Both the position numbers and the translations under genes were made by a program. Of a DNA stretch of 64,000 nt, positions 1-12,199 are shown piece after piece. The notes beneath the pieces are model-generated. The model searched no databases and was not told the DNA's origin. It saw nothing but the letters and a program-made list of their open reading frames with translations. The DNA is from Raillietiella orientalis (lineage: Eukaryota), in NCBI GenBank assembly GCA_036172245.1, contig JAYWIR010000042.1, forward strand, positions 1 to 64,000. Reading direction: 5' to 3'. Numbering within the stretch: position 1 is the stretch's first letter; every line of letters begins with the position of its first letter.

Positions 1-188
1 GAAAAACCATCAAAAATTATCCAGCTGTTGATAATTCTTTCTACATAGAGCCTGCTCCATCCCTAATACTGTAACACACTGTTCATGATATGCTCAAGTT
101 TAATGAACATTGCTGAGATGAAATATGCTGCTTCAGAAAACCAAAACCGTCAGTGGAAAGTTCAAATATCGAATTCCGAAAAGCCCTT

Positions 189-3100
189 TTATTCTGCTAT
201 CTCTGAACGTGATAAAACAGTTTCAGACATGGTACTTCTCATTAAAGCTGAGATTTTCAACCAAATGGCAAAAATGATACAGTATGGGTACACAAACCTG
301 CCAAGCTGCGCGAAGAAATCAAACTGACGGGCAAAGAGACATAATTTATTCAAACATTCAAACAAAATATAACATTTTCTTGCTTCCTGTCATTTATTTA
401 TGAAAATTTGACCTAGAGTACATGAAGTCAATCGAACATTCAAAACACCCCACGATTGTCTAATGAAGCATACAAAGAAATGCGGCAGCTTCATAGCTTC
501 AATCATACATGGTGCTCTGTGAAACACAAAGCATGCACTTAATGCATCATCAATGTTGAACATCAACATCGTACTTGGATATCCTTCTTTTTATTTAAGT
601 TTCAACTGCAAATAAAAAGCAAAAAGTATGCAATTTTGTCGGCTGAAACGGGGGAAACAACATTCCCATCATGATATTGGCCTTGAATTTCATATGATTA
701 TGCAATAACTCCATGTCTCATTATGACTCAAAATCTTAACACACTTCCGTTTGCAGGCCACCCCCAAAAGATCGTCAGCAATACAAAGCACTGTCTGTGA
801 ATCTAACCACAGCAAAGAAAATCAATCGCTCTGCCTACTGCAAGAAGCATCATTAGTTAGTTGTTGGCCTAACTGGTAGCGGTCTGCTAAGAAATAAATA
901 AAATCAACTATTCTCCAAAAGATTTCCTTCCAAGGAAGGCGATAGAAGTCCGAAAGTGAAGTGAAATGAGCAGTTCCCCCTGCTGCCAAGCAGCAAGCTC
1001 CACAAGCTTCAAATCCAGGATGTGTGAAGAGGCTGCCAAATAAACCTCGTATAGCCACGCCATTCGCCATTACGGAGACGAATATGGAGCGGAACATGGA
1101 TCTTATGCTACAACGTAACTCGTCTATTGATGAGGTTGCTTTCGGCCCGGATATGAAGGTGTCCGAAATCAGTGTGCGCGAGACATTCAGCACATCATTC
1201 GATCAGCTATAAAACATCGCTGACCAAACATATGAAGAAAATCCACTCAAGAATCTTTTCCTAGATCAGAAGATTGAGAAAGCCAACATGTGATACTATG
1301 CCTCAGCAGCGCTCCGGCTACATCTGCTGGACATAAAGGCCAAGCAAGCAAAACGGGCACTGACCTTGGAGGAAAAATAAATACGTAACGCTACAACAGA
1401 TGGGAAGTTCAACTACCTCAGCCCATCTTAGTTAACATCAGTCGGCGATTATGCTGACGAAATGGGCAAAAGATCGGGGTTGAACATTCCAAACTTACCG
1501 ACCACAACGGTGCATGGGTTGGGATGGTATTAAGCAAATGCTGCGAACCAGGAAAATCATAACCTTTTCAAAGAGGTTCCACGCCTGGGAATCACTGCGA
1601 ACGGTGTGATGACCCTAACATCCGAAGCTGAAGTGCCAGATATCGATTATAGAATAGGAAGGCCAGATGTTCTAGGTGGACAAAGAATCTCCTAGGTAGA
1701 ATGAATATAACTCCTCAACGTCAAGAGATTAAGCAGAGAGTAGGTAGCCGAAGAATAACCATCACAACGCTTCCAGAATACGTTCCTAGAAATCGATTCA
1801 ACCTCCGTTATCTGAAGTCGTTGTCAGATATTATAGGGCAACAAACAACTTTGAAGATAACAAAAGGCTGTTTCAAAAGTCTGGACATCACTGGAACAGC
1901 GCCCCTAGCAATCAAGACCATACCAATCCGAATCAGAGACTAAGATCTCAACTGGACAAGAAAATTCCAGACAGTTTCAGCGAGAAGAGAAACTGCAGCA
2001 ACAATAAGAGCAGTATTGTATTTGGGTTCCAATTATATAAAGCGCCTGGACCAGAAGACCAAACAGAGGCCCTTGCTCATTGGAGCTGTACTGTCACTGA
2101 AGATCAGCCTGCCAATCAACATCCATGACAAATTCCAACGGCCTGGGCAGCCACATGAAAGTGGGCTGAAGGGTACTGCCGAGTTGCTTCCCATCTTGAA
2201 GGGTTGCTTTGCAATTTCAACATCTGAACTGTCTAGCCTTGTCTGAACATATATTCATGAGCATCATCCATAAAATTTAATTCCTACTTCAAGGAAATCA
2301 TAGTAAAACCTTCAACACTGCAACTTGTGGACCCTAAGAAGTTCACTAAAGGGCTACAATAGTCGGAAAATCCTCACTGATCCTTAAACAAATGAAGATC
2401 AATAAGATTCTATCACTGTCAGTGCTGCATCTGTGCATGTAATTTCCTTCTATCAGCATCAAATGAACAGGCAACCATCCTTTACACCACATATAAAGCA
2501 CCTCTGTAGGGAGTATGCAGCAAATACCTTGAAGGCACCTCCACTGTTTATCAATACAAAATACATTAATAGTAACCAATTACGAAATATCATATGGTAA
2601 ATCACACAAGTTAAAAACAGTTCCAGTACATGTATATTCTTGTGTATGCAGAATGTTAATTCGAAATTCTAAAAGAAAACATATACTGAAATCCCAGCTC
2701 TTATGACTGCATACTTGAACAGTTGCATGCCAAACCATTTTTGAAATAAGCTGATATGAATTGATAGGAAAAAAAAACACTTTAAAACATAAAGCATCCC
2801 TGAGAGTTGTGTACAGCACCAATGACCAATTCATTTACTCTTGAACAGAATGTCTCTTAACACAAATGCCACATCACATTCATGCAAGAGAGATAAGCAT
2901 TAGAAGAACTGCAATTCAATGCACTGACTGCAAAGGCCACCGGTAAGATGGTAGATGCCCTTTCACAAAAATGGATCAAAACAGCACCATAAAGATCATC
3001 TGCACTCCTAAATTCAACTGAAACTACTGATTGCATATGAAAAAAAGTAAGATGCAATGCGAATTGAATTAACTAAATTCATTTCCAAAAATAATCCAAC

Positions 3101-3886
3101 TTAGTCGCCGAAACGAATTGCTAAAATTGCATAAAAATGAAAGTATCATACACTAGCATTTCTTGATGCATTCTTTAACATGTCTACAGTCAGAAAAGCA
3201 AAAGCATTTAAGTAAACTTACATGCTGCATTTTTCCTTGTACAGCATCTTGCTATCCAGCTAAGTCAAATCGTGCTTGAAATCCTAATACAAAGTGCATA
3301 CAAATGTTTTCTTCGGATAAATCAGGCCACGGAAGTCTTTTGTGATGAAAAATGTGCCAAAAATGGAGTCTGCAATAGAGAATATGAGCATGAAGTATTC
3401 TAGGATTTGAATTATACTTTACAGTAAACCAATAATAATGGTGAGAAATAGTGGGAGTAGCAAAAGGGGTGAACTTTTTTAAGAGGTAGTGATGTGTTCT
3501 TGTGACTGAGATTCCTGATCTCAGAAGAATAGTATTAAGAAGAGTAACTCTAAGGGGGATTGTAGTAAAATATTACATATGGGTCAAGAAAATCTAAATT
3601 ATGGATTAACTCTCCGTCTGGAATGGAAGAATGAGCAATAAATACACATCTTCATCTCCAGGTAATACAACTGATTTGAAGACTACCAATATTGAAAAGA
3701 TGTCAAAGAAAGGAAAAAGTTGCAATCAGAAATTTCTCACTGATCGAAAATTCAGTTTTAAATTCATACCTTGAACTCGAACCAGGGCTGTTATGCTGGG
3801 TATCTTCCAACATTTGAAACAGATAACAACACAATTCCTCCTTTTGGGTACGAGACGATACCCACACTTCGCGAACCACTTTCTGC
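189..3886 (-). CDS. 3' part of an unidentified multi-exon host gene (5' exons probably further right, up to ~6.3 kb)
   Basis: Hand-built chain of GT-AG exons with mutually consistent phases and no internal stops: 3886-3770, 3369-3302, ~3026/3017-2941/2929, 2543-2528, 802-745, 516-413, 247-189 (ends TAA). Peptide: QKVVREVWVSSRTQKEELCCYLFQMLEDTQHNSPGSSSRLHFWHIFHHKRLPWPDLSEENI..EFRSADDLYGAVLIHFCERASTILP..WRCLQDSQTVLCIADDLLGVACKRKAPCMIEAMKLPHFFVCFIRQSWGVLNVRLTSCTLALMRSTMSETVLSRSEIAE*. Introns are AT-rich. Protein family not recognised. Confidence 0.6.
930..2170 (+). pseudogene. Endogenous viral element: decayed capsid-protein gene of a partiti-like dsRNA virus
   Basis: Reading through stops and a few frameshifts gives ~400 colinear codons: ISVRETFSTSFDQL*NIADQTY...YYASAALRLHLLDIKAKQAKRALTLEEK*IRNATTDGKFN/PQPI/SVGDYADEMGKRSGLNIPNLPTTTVHGLGWY*...HNLFKEVPRLGITANGVMTL.../TKNLLGRMNITPQRQEIKQRV...EYVPRNRFNLRYLKSLSDIIG...IKTIP...NWT.../VFGFQLYKAPG...HWSC...P*QIPTAW. 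The motif order matches my recollection of arthropod-associated partiti-like virus capsids. The segment is more GC-rich than the flanking intron. Confidence 0.8.
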
Positions 3887-4749
3887 CTACAACATATCAG
3901 GGCAGTCATGCTATTTCAGGATTGAGAAAGAAACAGAACTCATAGAATCCAACTGCTTATTTGAATAGGACTTTAAAGCAACGCTTGAACACATTTTTAT
4001 AGTTTAAAAAAATATTAAATGTCAGAAACTTTGAGTCATGCTGCTGATTAGAAGGATAAGTGAATAGAATTCAATCCTGCTTTGTCAACAATTCCTTACT
4101 TTCAAAGTCCCAGTCACTCTGCATGACCATTTTTCTTGATTTTAATTTAAAATGCATTTCCTAGTTGGAGTTTCTGAGGGTTCTTAGCATATTTTTTTGC
4201 TTGTTTCTCTAGTGAAATACAGCATGTTCGCTCCTTGGATGATATTTTTTGTAGTGCTAGTTGTGTAGTTCTAAATCCGGTAATGCTGTAACTGAAATAT
4301 ATTGACATAATAGGACATTCGCGACTGTGATATTCACTATTTTGCAAAACGATAATTCATCAAAGCTATAAGTTAGAAGAAGAGATCATTTCATTTATTC
4401 GGCTGTGGTATGCAGAAATACGTGTACAATCTTCTATTTAGGAATGCTCTATGGAGCAGATAATAGTTACAATAGAAGAGAATTGTTTTTCTATCTAATC
4501 TACTGATTCATGATGGGAAACAGACAGAAAGTACACGATCTATTTAACTCAATGGTTTATTTCATGCTCACTGAAAAAGTTGTATTATACTGCTGGAAAA
4601 TAGGAAAATTTTCTTAAGTGTCAAAAACTTCAATAAAGCTCAAAGGGAAAATTTATGACTGCGATCTACTTCTATAATTCAACAATAATTTGTGGAATGT
4701 GAATAAACCTAATGCTTGTCTAGGGTTTATTCAACTGGAGCCCACCATA

Positions 4750-5862
4750 TATCAGGTACTAGCCGAAGCCATGGCCATAATGAATTGCGAGTCGTTCCCA
4801 TGGCAACGATGGCTCCCTTCCCTGGTCTGGTGTATTACTAAAGGCTAGGGATATTCAAGAAAGCTGATTGGATACTCATCCCTATCACCATCATGCAACT
4901 CGTCAAAAAATGCATGCTTAAGTCAATTAATATGTAAATGCCATTAAATCTCACTCTCGCCGACCTATCCTATGCTAGGTCTGCTAGGACCAACCAACTG
5001 AATAAGATCTTTTCGAACGATGCTGAGGTCGCTGATGAAAAAGAAAATGCCGACAGCACCAAAGATTGAAACTTCGGAATTTTTTTGCCGGAAGTGATAG
5101 ATGGAAAGTGCAGAAAACCGAGACGATGTCAAAAGCATATGGAGGATGGGAGGATAGGCATCCAAAAGACTCGAGATAGAGTAGATGATCGACGGAAGAA
5201 TCCTTAAAATCACGTATGATTCTCGAAGCTGACGAGCATGTGAGGAGGAAAATTGTCCCAATCTTATACGCAGCCCAAAGGAAGGCAACATGGACATGTA
5301 CATCCTTTATGGAAATACATCCAGATCAGACGACAACCATGTTCTGTGTTGGGTAGTACCATACTTCGAAGCATATCCTCTCCAGCAGTGGACGTATATC
5401 CTGCTCATTATATCTTCTCTAGATACATGTAGCGCAATCCAACAGTGGTAGAATCCGACAACTTCCTGACTGTGTGAGACTTCACCAGGAAAGGCACAGA
5501 TCGTCTATGACGAATGAGATGTGGAAGATGAAAGAATCTTTTGATTATATCCAAAACAGGCACATCTACAACCAGAGCGTAATTACAGCAATGCATGAAG
5601 AGCTGACGACCCAAATCGAGAAGCCTACATGGAAACACTCGGTGTTGGCAGTCTCTAGCCAGTGCGTTTCGGGAACAAAGCCAATGCTAAAACCTGGTGC
5701 TCCCGGAATAAGGGAAAACACTCATTATGTACGTCCTTTTTCCTTATGAGTACTCACGAGCTCACAGCGTTGGAGGAAGACGGAGAAAACTGGCTCTACA
5801 CTTGCCTTCAAAGTGCCCGCCACCATATGAGTGATGATAGTAGGATATCTCTACGATATATT
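4750..5862 (+). pseudogene. Candidate endogenous viral element, possibly a rhabdovirus-like glycoprotein fragment
   Basis: Purine-rich, higher-GC island in AT-rich DNA with decayed coding character. Composite translation: ADLSYP...KKMPTAPKIETSEFFCRK/RWKVQKTET...AVDVYPAHYIFS/DTCS...LCET...KTWC...LCTSFFLMSTHEL. The spacing loosely resembles the rhabdovirus G ectodomain. Heavily disrupted. Confidence 0.35.
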
Positions 5863-6827
5863 TAAAAATCTACGGTATTACTGGGGCACATAGTAGAAGC
5901 ATAATCTGAGCCATTGTCTGTAATAAATGAACTCTCTTTCATTACGGAAAATTTGAGAGTCAAAAAAAACAAAGGAAGGAAAAAGCACACAGATGGACTG
6001 TTAATTTAGTGGAAACTCCTCCCTACATTTGTCTTCCATAAACATGTAGGGCGAGAAGCGATGTATAATAACAATTCAGAAATAAATAAAAGCTTAACAA
6101 TTATTCCATCAACAGATGTAATTGTGCTTTGACCTAAGCTTTGGTTGTAATCTGAACAAATGGGGAATTCACATTTGATTTGAGAAGTGTACTTCATAGT
6201 TTCTTGCATTTAAAGAAGGAAAGCATTAAAACACAAACTGAAAAACTGGAACATATTTGAATTTCTATAGAAGCTCGGATAGAAAAGTATCAATATTACA
6301 ATTTTTGGCGAGTGCGCAGAGGGACTTACATATACATGCCGAATAATCAGTCTATCCGCTATTTTATGGTCCTAACTGCATGTTAGTGTAACTGCCTATT
6401 TTATGGCTCTAACTGCAAAATTGAAGGCAGAACTACTATGCTTCAAGATATGTTTTGGGTATCAATCATGAGGATTCTCCCGATTTCTTTGAGATTTATG
6501 AAACATGAAAACAAAGAGGAAACTGAATCTCTTTAGATAATTATATTACTTTGGGTTTTGAAATCTTCTTACTTGAACTAGTTTTCCATTGGTCTTTATA
6601 TTCTTTCACAAGATTGCTGCTACGTGCCTTGAATTCAGTCTCATAAAAACTTTGAAGCATGCATTTGATTTAAGAAGCACTTTCTTATTTTCGTACTCTA
6701 AAGAACAAAAAAGTGTGTATGAAAAAATGATCACACATTGATAACTATGACTAGAAGTTAATTCGAAAGGAGTTTAAAAAACTATAAATGGGAAAAACTT
6801 CAAGAATAATATACGGATGTGCAATTT

Positions 6828-6910
6828 ATATATATGTATATGTAATCTTTGAAGTTCTCTGTAAGAGTCCTACGTTCTCTGTCTGTTTCGCTCCTTCTCT
6901 CTCTATATAT
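6828..6910. repeat. Short (TA)n and (CT)n microsatellite-like tracts at the AT-rich/GC-richer boundary
   Basis: tatatatatgtatatgt at ~6828-6843 and cttctctctctatatat at ~6894-6910. Confidence 0.6.
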
Positions 6911-7049
6911 CATCATTTGTGATTTGCCATCAACTGCGAAACTGCTCAAATTTGTGTGGAAACACTCGATCCCTGAGATGATAACTGCTATACAATGATG
7001 CTGATGTGTCTAATTGGGTTTGGATGAGGGATGGTGAAGCATGCCTGAT

Positions 7050-8730
7050 GGCTAGGTCATGTTAAAGGGGTATCTGAAAAAGTATGAAGGTCCGGGCAAA
7101 AACTTCAGTCTTCATTCCAGGCTTGATGCAGATGCGGCTGCTGCAAGAGCAAGTGTCTTAGTTATCTTCGGCTCGCATGGGGCAACGCAAACTCGATACA
7201 TACCTCTCGCGAAAAACTGCTCACTGCGTTCTCTTTGAAAGACCCAGGCGTGCCACAGAAATGAATTTCCAGCGGAGTAATGCAATTTTTCTTTTTGTTT
7301 TTGTGAGTTTTGCACTAATCACTTTGAGGCACGAGCCCGAGAACACAGAGGCGCTTTCCAACGCGGATTGTAGGAAGGAGAGTAAACATTAGGTTTCCAT
7401 AAAGCAAATGGAAACCTCATATTTATATATTGAATTATCAGCAGTCACATATGAGTGGACAACTCCGTGCACATCCCACTGCATCAGGAAAGGTTTCAGA
7501 AAATGAAGCGCGTTTACGTTTCTCGAGTTGCAGCTCTACTTCGATGCTCAGTGACAACGTTGTGGATGGAAAAGTCTGATGCAATGCCTCCATCATTGAA
7601 GCCATCAGGAACGACATCCACCATTCTCTCCGTGTGTTTTGGAGACGAAGTCTGAATGCATGGGTGGAACCTTACTGCATTCTCAGATGCTTTAAACTCG
7701 AAGAAGGACAAAAACGGGAAAAATGATTTTCAACGAAGAGGAACAGGTGGAGGCTCGATGATTGCAATACTTTTTGTCTCGATGATGGGGCAACGTAAGA
7801 AACTTTAAACAGCTCCAGTCCATTACTCAAAAAGCAAATTGCACCTAAAGCCAAAAGAAATACGTGAAATCCGAAATAGGCGAATCTTGTTGTTATTCTT
7901 AAAATGCAAATCAGACAGAGGAGGAAGCTGCAGCGAGATGGAATATTTCTGAGGAAATTAGGATGAAAAATCTCTCCAAACATAGAATTAGGGGGAAAAA
8001 AACTTTCAACAAACTTTCCGTGCTTGTTTTTTTTTTTTTTTTTTTTCAAAGAGATCATAAGTGGGCTCAACACAGACGCGGGGAAACCTAAGAAATTCTG
8101 AAGGAATATTGAGAAACTCCCTAGTCTTCTTTTGCAAATTGAGGCTTGTTTGTTTCATGCATATTTTACAAGCGAAATTCTTCTGCGGTGGTTCGTGGTT
8201 TAGCGCTGGTGGTTTCGGAGCCCCCCCTTCGCCGGCAATGCGGCAGACATTAAAATAACAGCAGCAGAAGGGGAATTTGGTATGATATGCCTCTTTATCG
8301 AAAGAGCAATGAAGGCTTTCTTGAACTTCCGATCACAAGGAGAGATGCCTTGTTTCAAGAGGAATTTCTTGTTTCGATTCCGTCTGTGGGAATGTTCTCC
8401 ATTGCGCCAAAACAAAATCAATACGACTACAAATAAACCCGAAATGATACTTTTATAATACTGAGCAGAAATGACTAGAAACGGCACTTACGAATAAGTG
8501 AAGCAATGAATTTATAATATAAATGAAAAAGATGTCACTAATTGTATGCAAATGCCAAGAACTTCTTGATTGATAAATTAAGGCTATTTTGCGCATTCAT
8601 TCAAAAATTTTGGATTCCGTATATCAAGAAGACCGGGTTAGTAGGAGGGAAAAGGTGCAAAAGCAACATATTTGCAGCAACAAGGGGCACTGGTCAGTCT
8701 GCAGTGAAGACAGAAATGCCTTTGCAGTAA
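7050..8730 (+). pseudogene. Decayed PPR gene relic
   Basis: PPR-like fragments in shifting frames: MLKGYLKKYEGPGKNFSLHSRL, FQKMKRVYVSRVAALLRCS, GMFSIAPKQNQYDY (cf. YGIxPxxxHYxC). Many stops. Confidence 0.4.
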
Positions 8731-9149
8731 TCACTTTTTCCATCGCTTATATTCGGATGCTCTAAAATGGGATGACGGTAGGATATTTCATTTTAACTGG
8801 ATTTCTTAGGCATGATGAGGGTAGCATGTGTAGGGAGCTAACGAAGAATGTTGCATGTTATCTGCATGTAGGGAATTGAATTTAAAAATTCTGAGACGAC
8901 ATACTGATACTTTGAGTACTTTCTTATGACGACCCGGAAATTGTCAAGCGTATAAAGCGGCCCATATGCCCCGATAGAACAATTCAAATTTTCATGCTGT
9001 ATTGGTCCCACTTTCGACGGTCGTTAACATCCGCTGGAACATGTGTATCAAGGAGTAGGAGGAAACAAGATTTTTCTTTAAGCTCGTGCGATGGTGTAGC
9101 AGTTTTTTCCTCTTTTTTCCCCTGTCTGCAGATCATTGGGAAGTTTGCA

Positions 9150-10300
9150 TTGAATGTTTGGAAACCCAAGCAGCAAATTTAAGGCGTATCTGCAGGACAC
9201 AAAAGATCAGACGGCTGCTACTCTAACATGGAATGCTGACAGGAAACTTGAAGAACTGGAAGCGTGGTCTGCACTCCACTCGTTACAATTTGGTTCCGGA
9301 GTGCCATTTTTCAGTGAAATTCGCTCGACAGTCAGAGAGCACGTTGTCCTAGCTTCTGATCATCCGATGCTAAAGCCAGACTTCTAGGCATTACCATGAA
9401 TCGGTGATGACTCACCGATTCAAGACAGTAACTCGATGCAAGGATTCGTGAAACGAAAAACTGGCCGTGGTGATTCCTTATTTCATAAGGGTGTCATGAG
9501 AGACCTGGAGATCGATGATTCAAAGGCCGGGAATGAGGATTCGTGACTACGAACGTTTCTCTACGAGTGAAAACTGACACACAATGCGACTATATTGCTG
9601 CATCAGAAAATGATGGGAAGATTCAGACACAGGACCCGCGAGCTCTGGGAACATTGAGCGACCAGTCCCTGGAGCCTGATCACATAACTGAATTTGCGAG
9701 GAAATGAAGAAACACGTTAACCAAGACGATGCACTGGACAAGGTCGCCAGCGGCTACAGGGATCCGGAACGTGAATCTGCTAGCGGTTGGCACGAAGAAG
9801 CGACCTACCTAAGCGGACACTCAGGATGACCATCTGATGTACTAACACAGAGGAGTCCTGAGTGGATACAGAACGAAGTATTGGACAGGCAGCAGCCAAG
9901 TCGAACTCTGCAAGGCACGTAAAGACAGAGACACCCAGCTTCACGTTCTCACCTGCCCAAATTGTTAACGCTCAAGGCGGTGACAGGTCTGCAGATATCG
10001 AAGACGATATAAAAGATCTTGGCAGGAATGTTTAAAGGAAACAGGAACGTTCCGCGATACGATCCCATGGTCTGCACCACCATCTTCCTCTTCATCACGA
10101 GCATCGTGATGAGAGGAGCATCAACGCCCTAGAGCTTTCGAAGAGCATCCTCCAAGGAGCGATTCAGAGGGAGATTGGAATGAAGAACTGCATCAGAGTA
10201 CCCGTCTGGACATGCCGTTAAATTTTCTAGAAGATGGTGGATGTTGCATAAGTGGATTGTCCACCAGAGCCTAGTAAGCCCCCAACGGAGAAAAAATCCC
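9150..10300 (+). mobile_element. Degenerate non-LTR (LINE) ORF2 fragment: end of APE endonuclease plus linker
   Basis: ORF 9154-9387 contains TLTWNADRK...VVLASDHPMLK (endonuclease TW...SDH motifs), followed by disrupted coding-like sequence. Confidence 0.5.
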
Positions 10301-10899
10301 GAACGGTAAAAAAAGGAAAGCGACACTCGGCGCCTGGAAATTTTGCGTGCAGAAACACTCGACAAAGTGTCTGCGGAAAAGCACAAATGGAGAATTTGCG
10401 TGAAAGTTTTTTAATGAATTCATCTCACCGCTTGTCGGACCTGTGGAAATTCTAGCTTCTGATCATCTGCAAGAATCGAGACTTGGAGTTTACATTGGGT
10501 GTAGAACGGCTACGCAAGACTGAAAGGGCTACTACATCCGTTCCCAGTCTCCCATCCCATCCGTTCTACTACATCCCGTTACTACATCCCCATCCTACAT
10601 ACTGCTTTTTCATACACCCTTCTGTGGTGCCAGGATTTCACTGCTTAATTAGATCTACTTCCTTTCCCAGAATTAGTACTGAGATGAAATTTTCGCACGA
10701 TGACAATGTCTTCATAGCAAAGAAAAATGAAAAATTTGATAGTAGTTCAAATAGTACAGCACTATGCTGACTATGTATGACTCAGTTTTCCTCTTTCAAA
10801 ATCACTTGTGGAGCAGGAAAGCGGAGGACTCGTGGCTGAAAATGAAGAACGTGCTGTACGATTTCTCTCTTGCAGTTTTCGTTTCGGATGTGATGATTT

Positions 10900-12060
10900 T
10901 GTTTTGCCTCTAATGTTAGAAGGTGCATTTAGGTTTCCGCTTAGGCTGTTTTACATGCAATGAGCGCTTGCAGACACTTGCGGGCTTATTTCCCAGAAAG
11001 CTTCACGCGTTTCGGGATAGCACGTAAGCACAAGAGGATTACGTGAGACGTAAACTGGATGTGCATTATAGGTAGACATTTCTTCTCCAAATGACAGAGA
11101 GAAGAAAGAGGCAAATTCATGCTTTTTCATTCCTCCTTTTTCCAAACATTTTGTAGGTCTCTAATGAATGGTGTCGTCCACAGTAGTGGTTCAGTTTGTG
11201 AATGTCCTTCTGGAACTGCATCTGCATCGTTAAGTTACAGAAAGGACACATTCCGCTCAGGTAGACACGGTTTTGTGAGGTGAGTTTTGCAGGAGTTTTG
11301 TGAAGTTCAAGGCCCTCTTAATGTTGTTTGAAACTTGGCAAGCTCAGGTGCAGTTTTAGTCGCAGAGTGCTGGCTTCGTCATGAATACTTTCGTCCCCTA
11401 AACTAAGTAAGCAATGGTAGCATACATATAGAGTGCAGAATTTCCTTTCGGCTACAATGAGTGAGAATGGTCGTGCTATGAAATTTTCCGTGCAACATAG
11501 ATTTGGGGGATTACCAGCTGAACAAGATACTTGTATGTCCCGTGATGTGCTTTCTTCCTGTCTATTCTTTCAGGAATTCTTCCTCATTCTGCAACGGATG
11601 AATCGAATGCTGCTTGTTCCTGTCCCCAGAAGCGGGTGCTTGGCTGTCCACACGATGTGAGCAATCCGTTGAGGTACTCTTACTCTTTTCTTGGTTATCT
11701 TCTGTATAAATGCTTTGTATAGGAATTCTTGTTTGAAAATCTCCCGGAAAAGCTGAGAATAAATCATGGAAAGAGTTCAAGAACACACACTGCTAAGACT
11801 AATGTATGCCACCTTAAAAAGGGAATGACAGTGATGTGTCCGTGCAGCAGCACCAAACCAATGCAGATCTGTCTGTTTTTCTAGACAAGAGTGGAACAGT
11901 GGGAGTGAAAAAAACGGATGCAGAGAAATATAAAGTACTACAGAATGAGGTCTCCGGAAGCGATGAGTCAGCTCTGAAGAGGCTATTGAAATACCGTCAT
12001 CGACTACACGGGCTAGTCTTCAGAGTCTCCGTTGAACGGCAGCAGTCAACCTGTTTTTAA
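10900..12060 (+). pseudogene. Decayed PPR gene relic ending in an E-domain-like segment
   Basis: LSATMSENGRAMKF...GLPAEQDTCMSRDVLSSC (11433-), then VFLDKSGTVGVKKTDAEK...DESALKRLLKYRHRLHG (cf. VDLLGRAG...WxxLLxACRxHG). Confidence 0.5.
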
Positions 12061-12199
12061 TGCAGGTAGCGTGTGTATGCAGATCCTAGCCTCGGGCAGT
12101 CCCTACGTGCGACTCTGAATGCTAATGAAATTTACCTTCATGTTTCTTGGATGTTGATCAGATTTCAGCTTTTCTATGCACTTGAACTTTGATTATCTC

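Noticed and set aside
839..886. Extra possible exon (ADRYQLGQQLTNDASC) of the host gene
   Set aside because: It would need a 36-nt intron or a phase conflict, and the exon chain is consistent without it.
2016..2246. ORF initially read as a gypsy aspartic-protease remnant
   Set aside because: The adjacent frame gives VFGFQLYKAPG...WSC...IPTAW, colinear with the viral capsid relic, and there is no D(S/T)G motif.
6357..6418. 22-bp imperfect direct repeat ctattttatgg..ctaactgca
   Set aside because: Only two copies. This is an ordinary local duplication, not an array.
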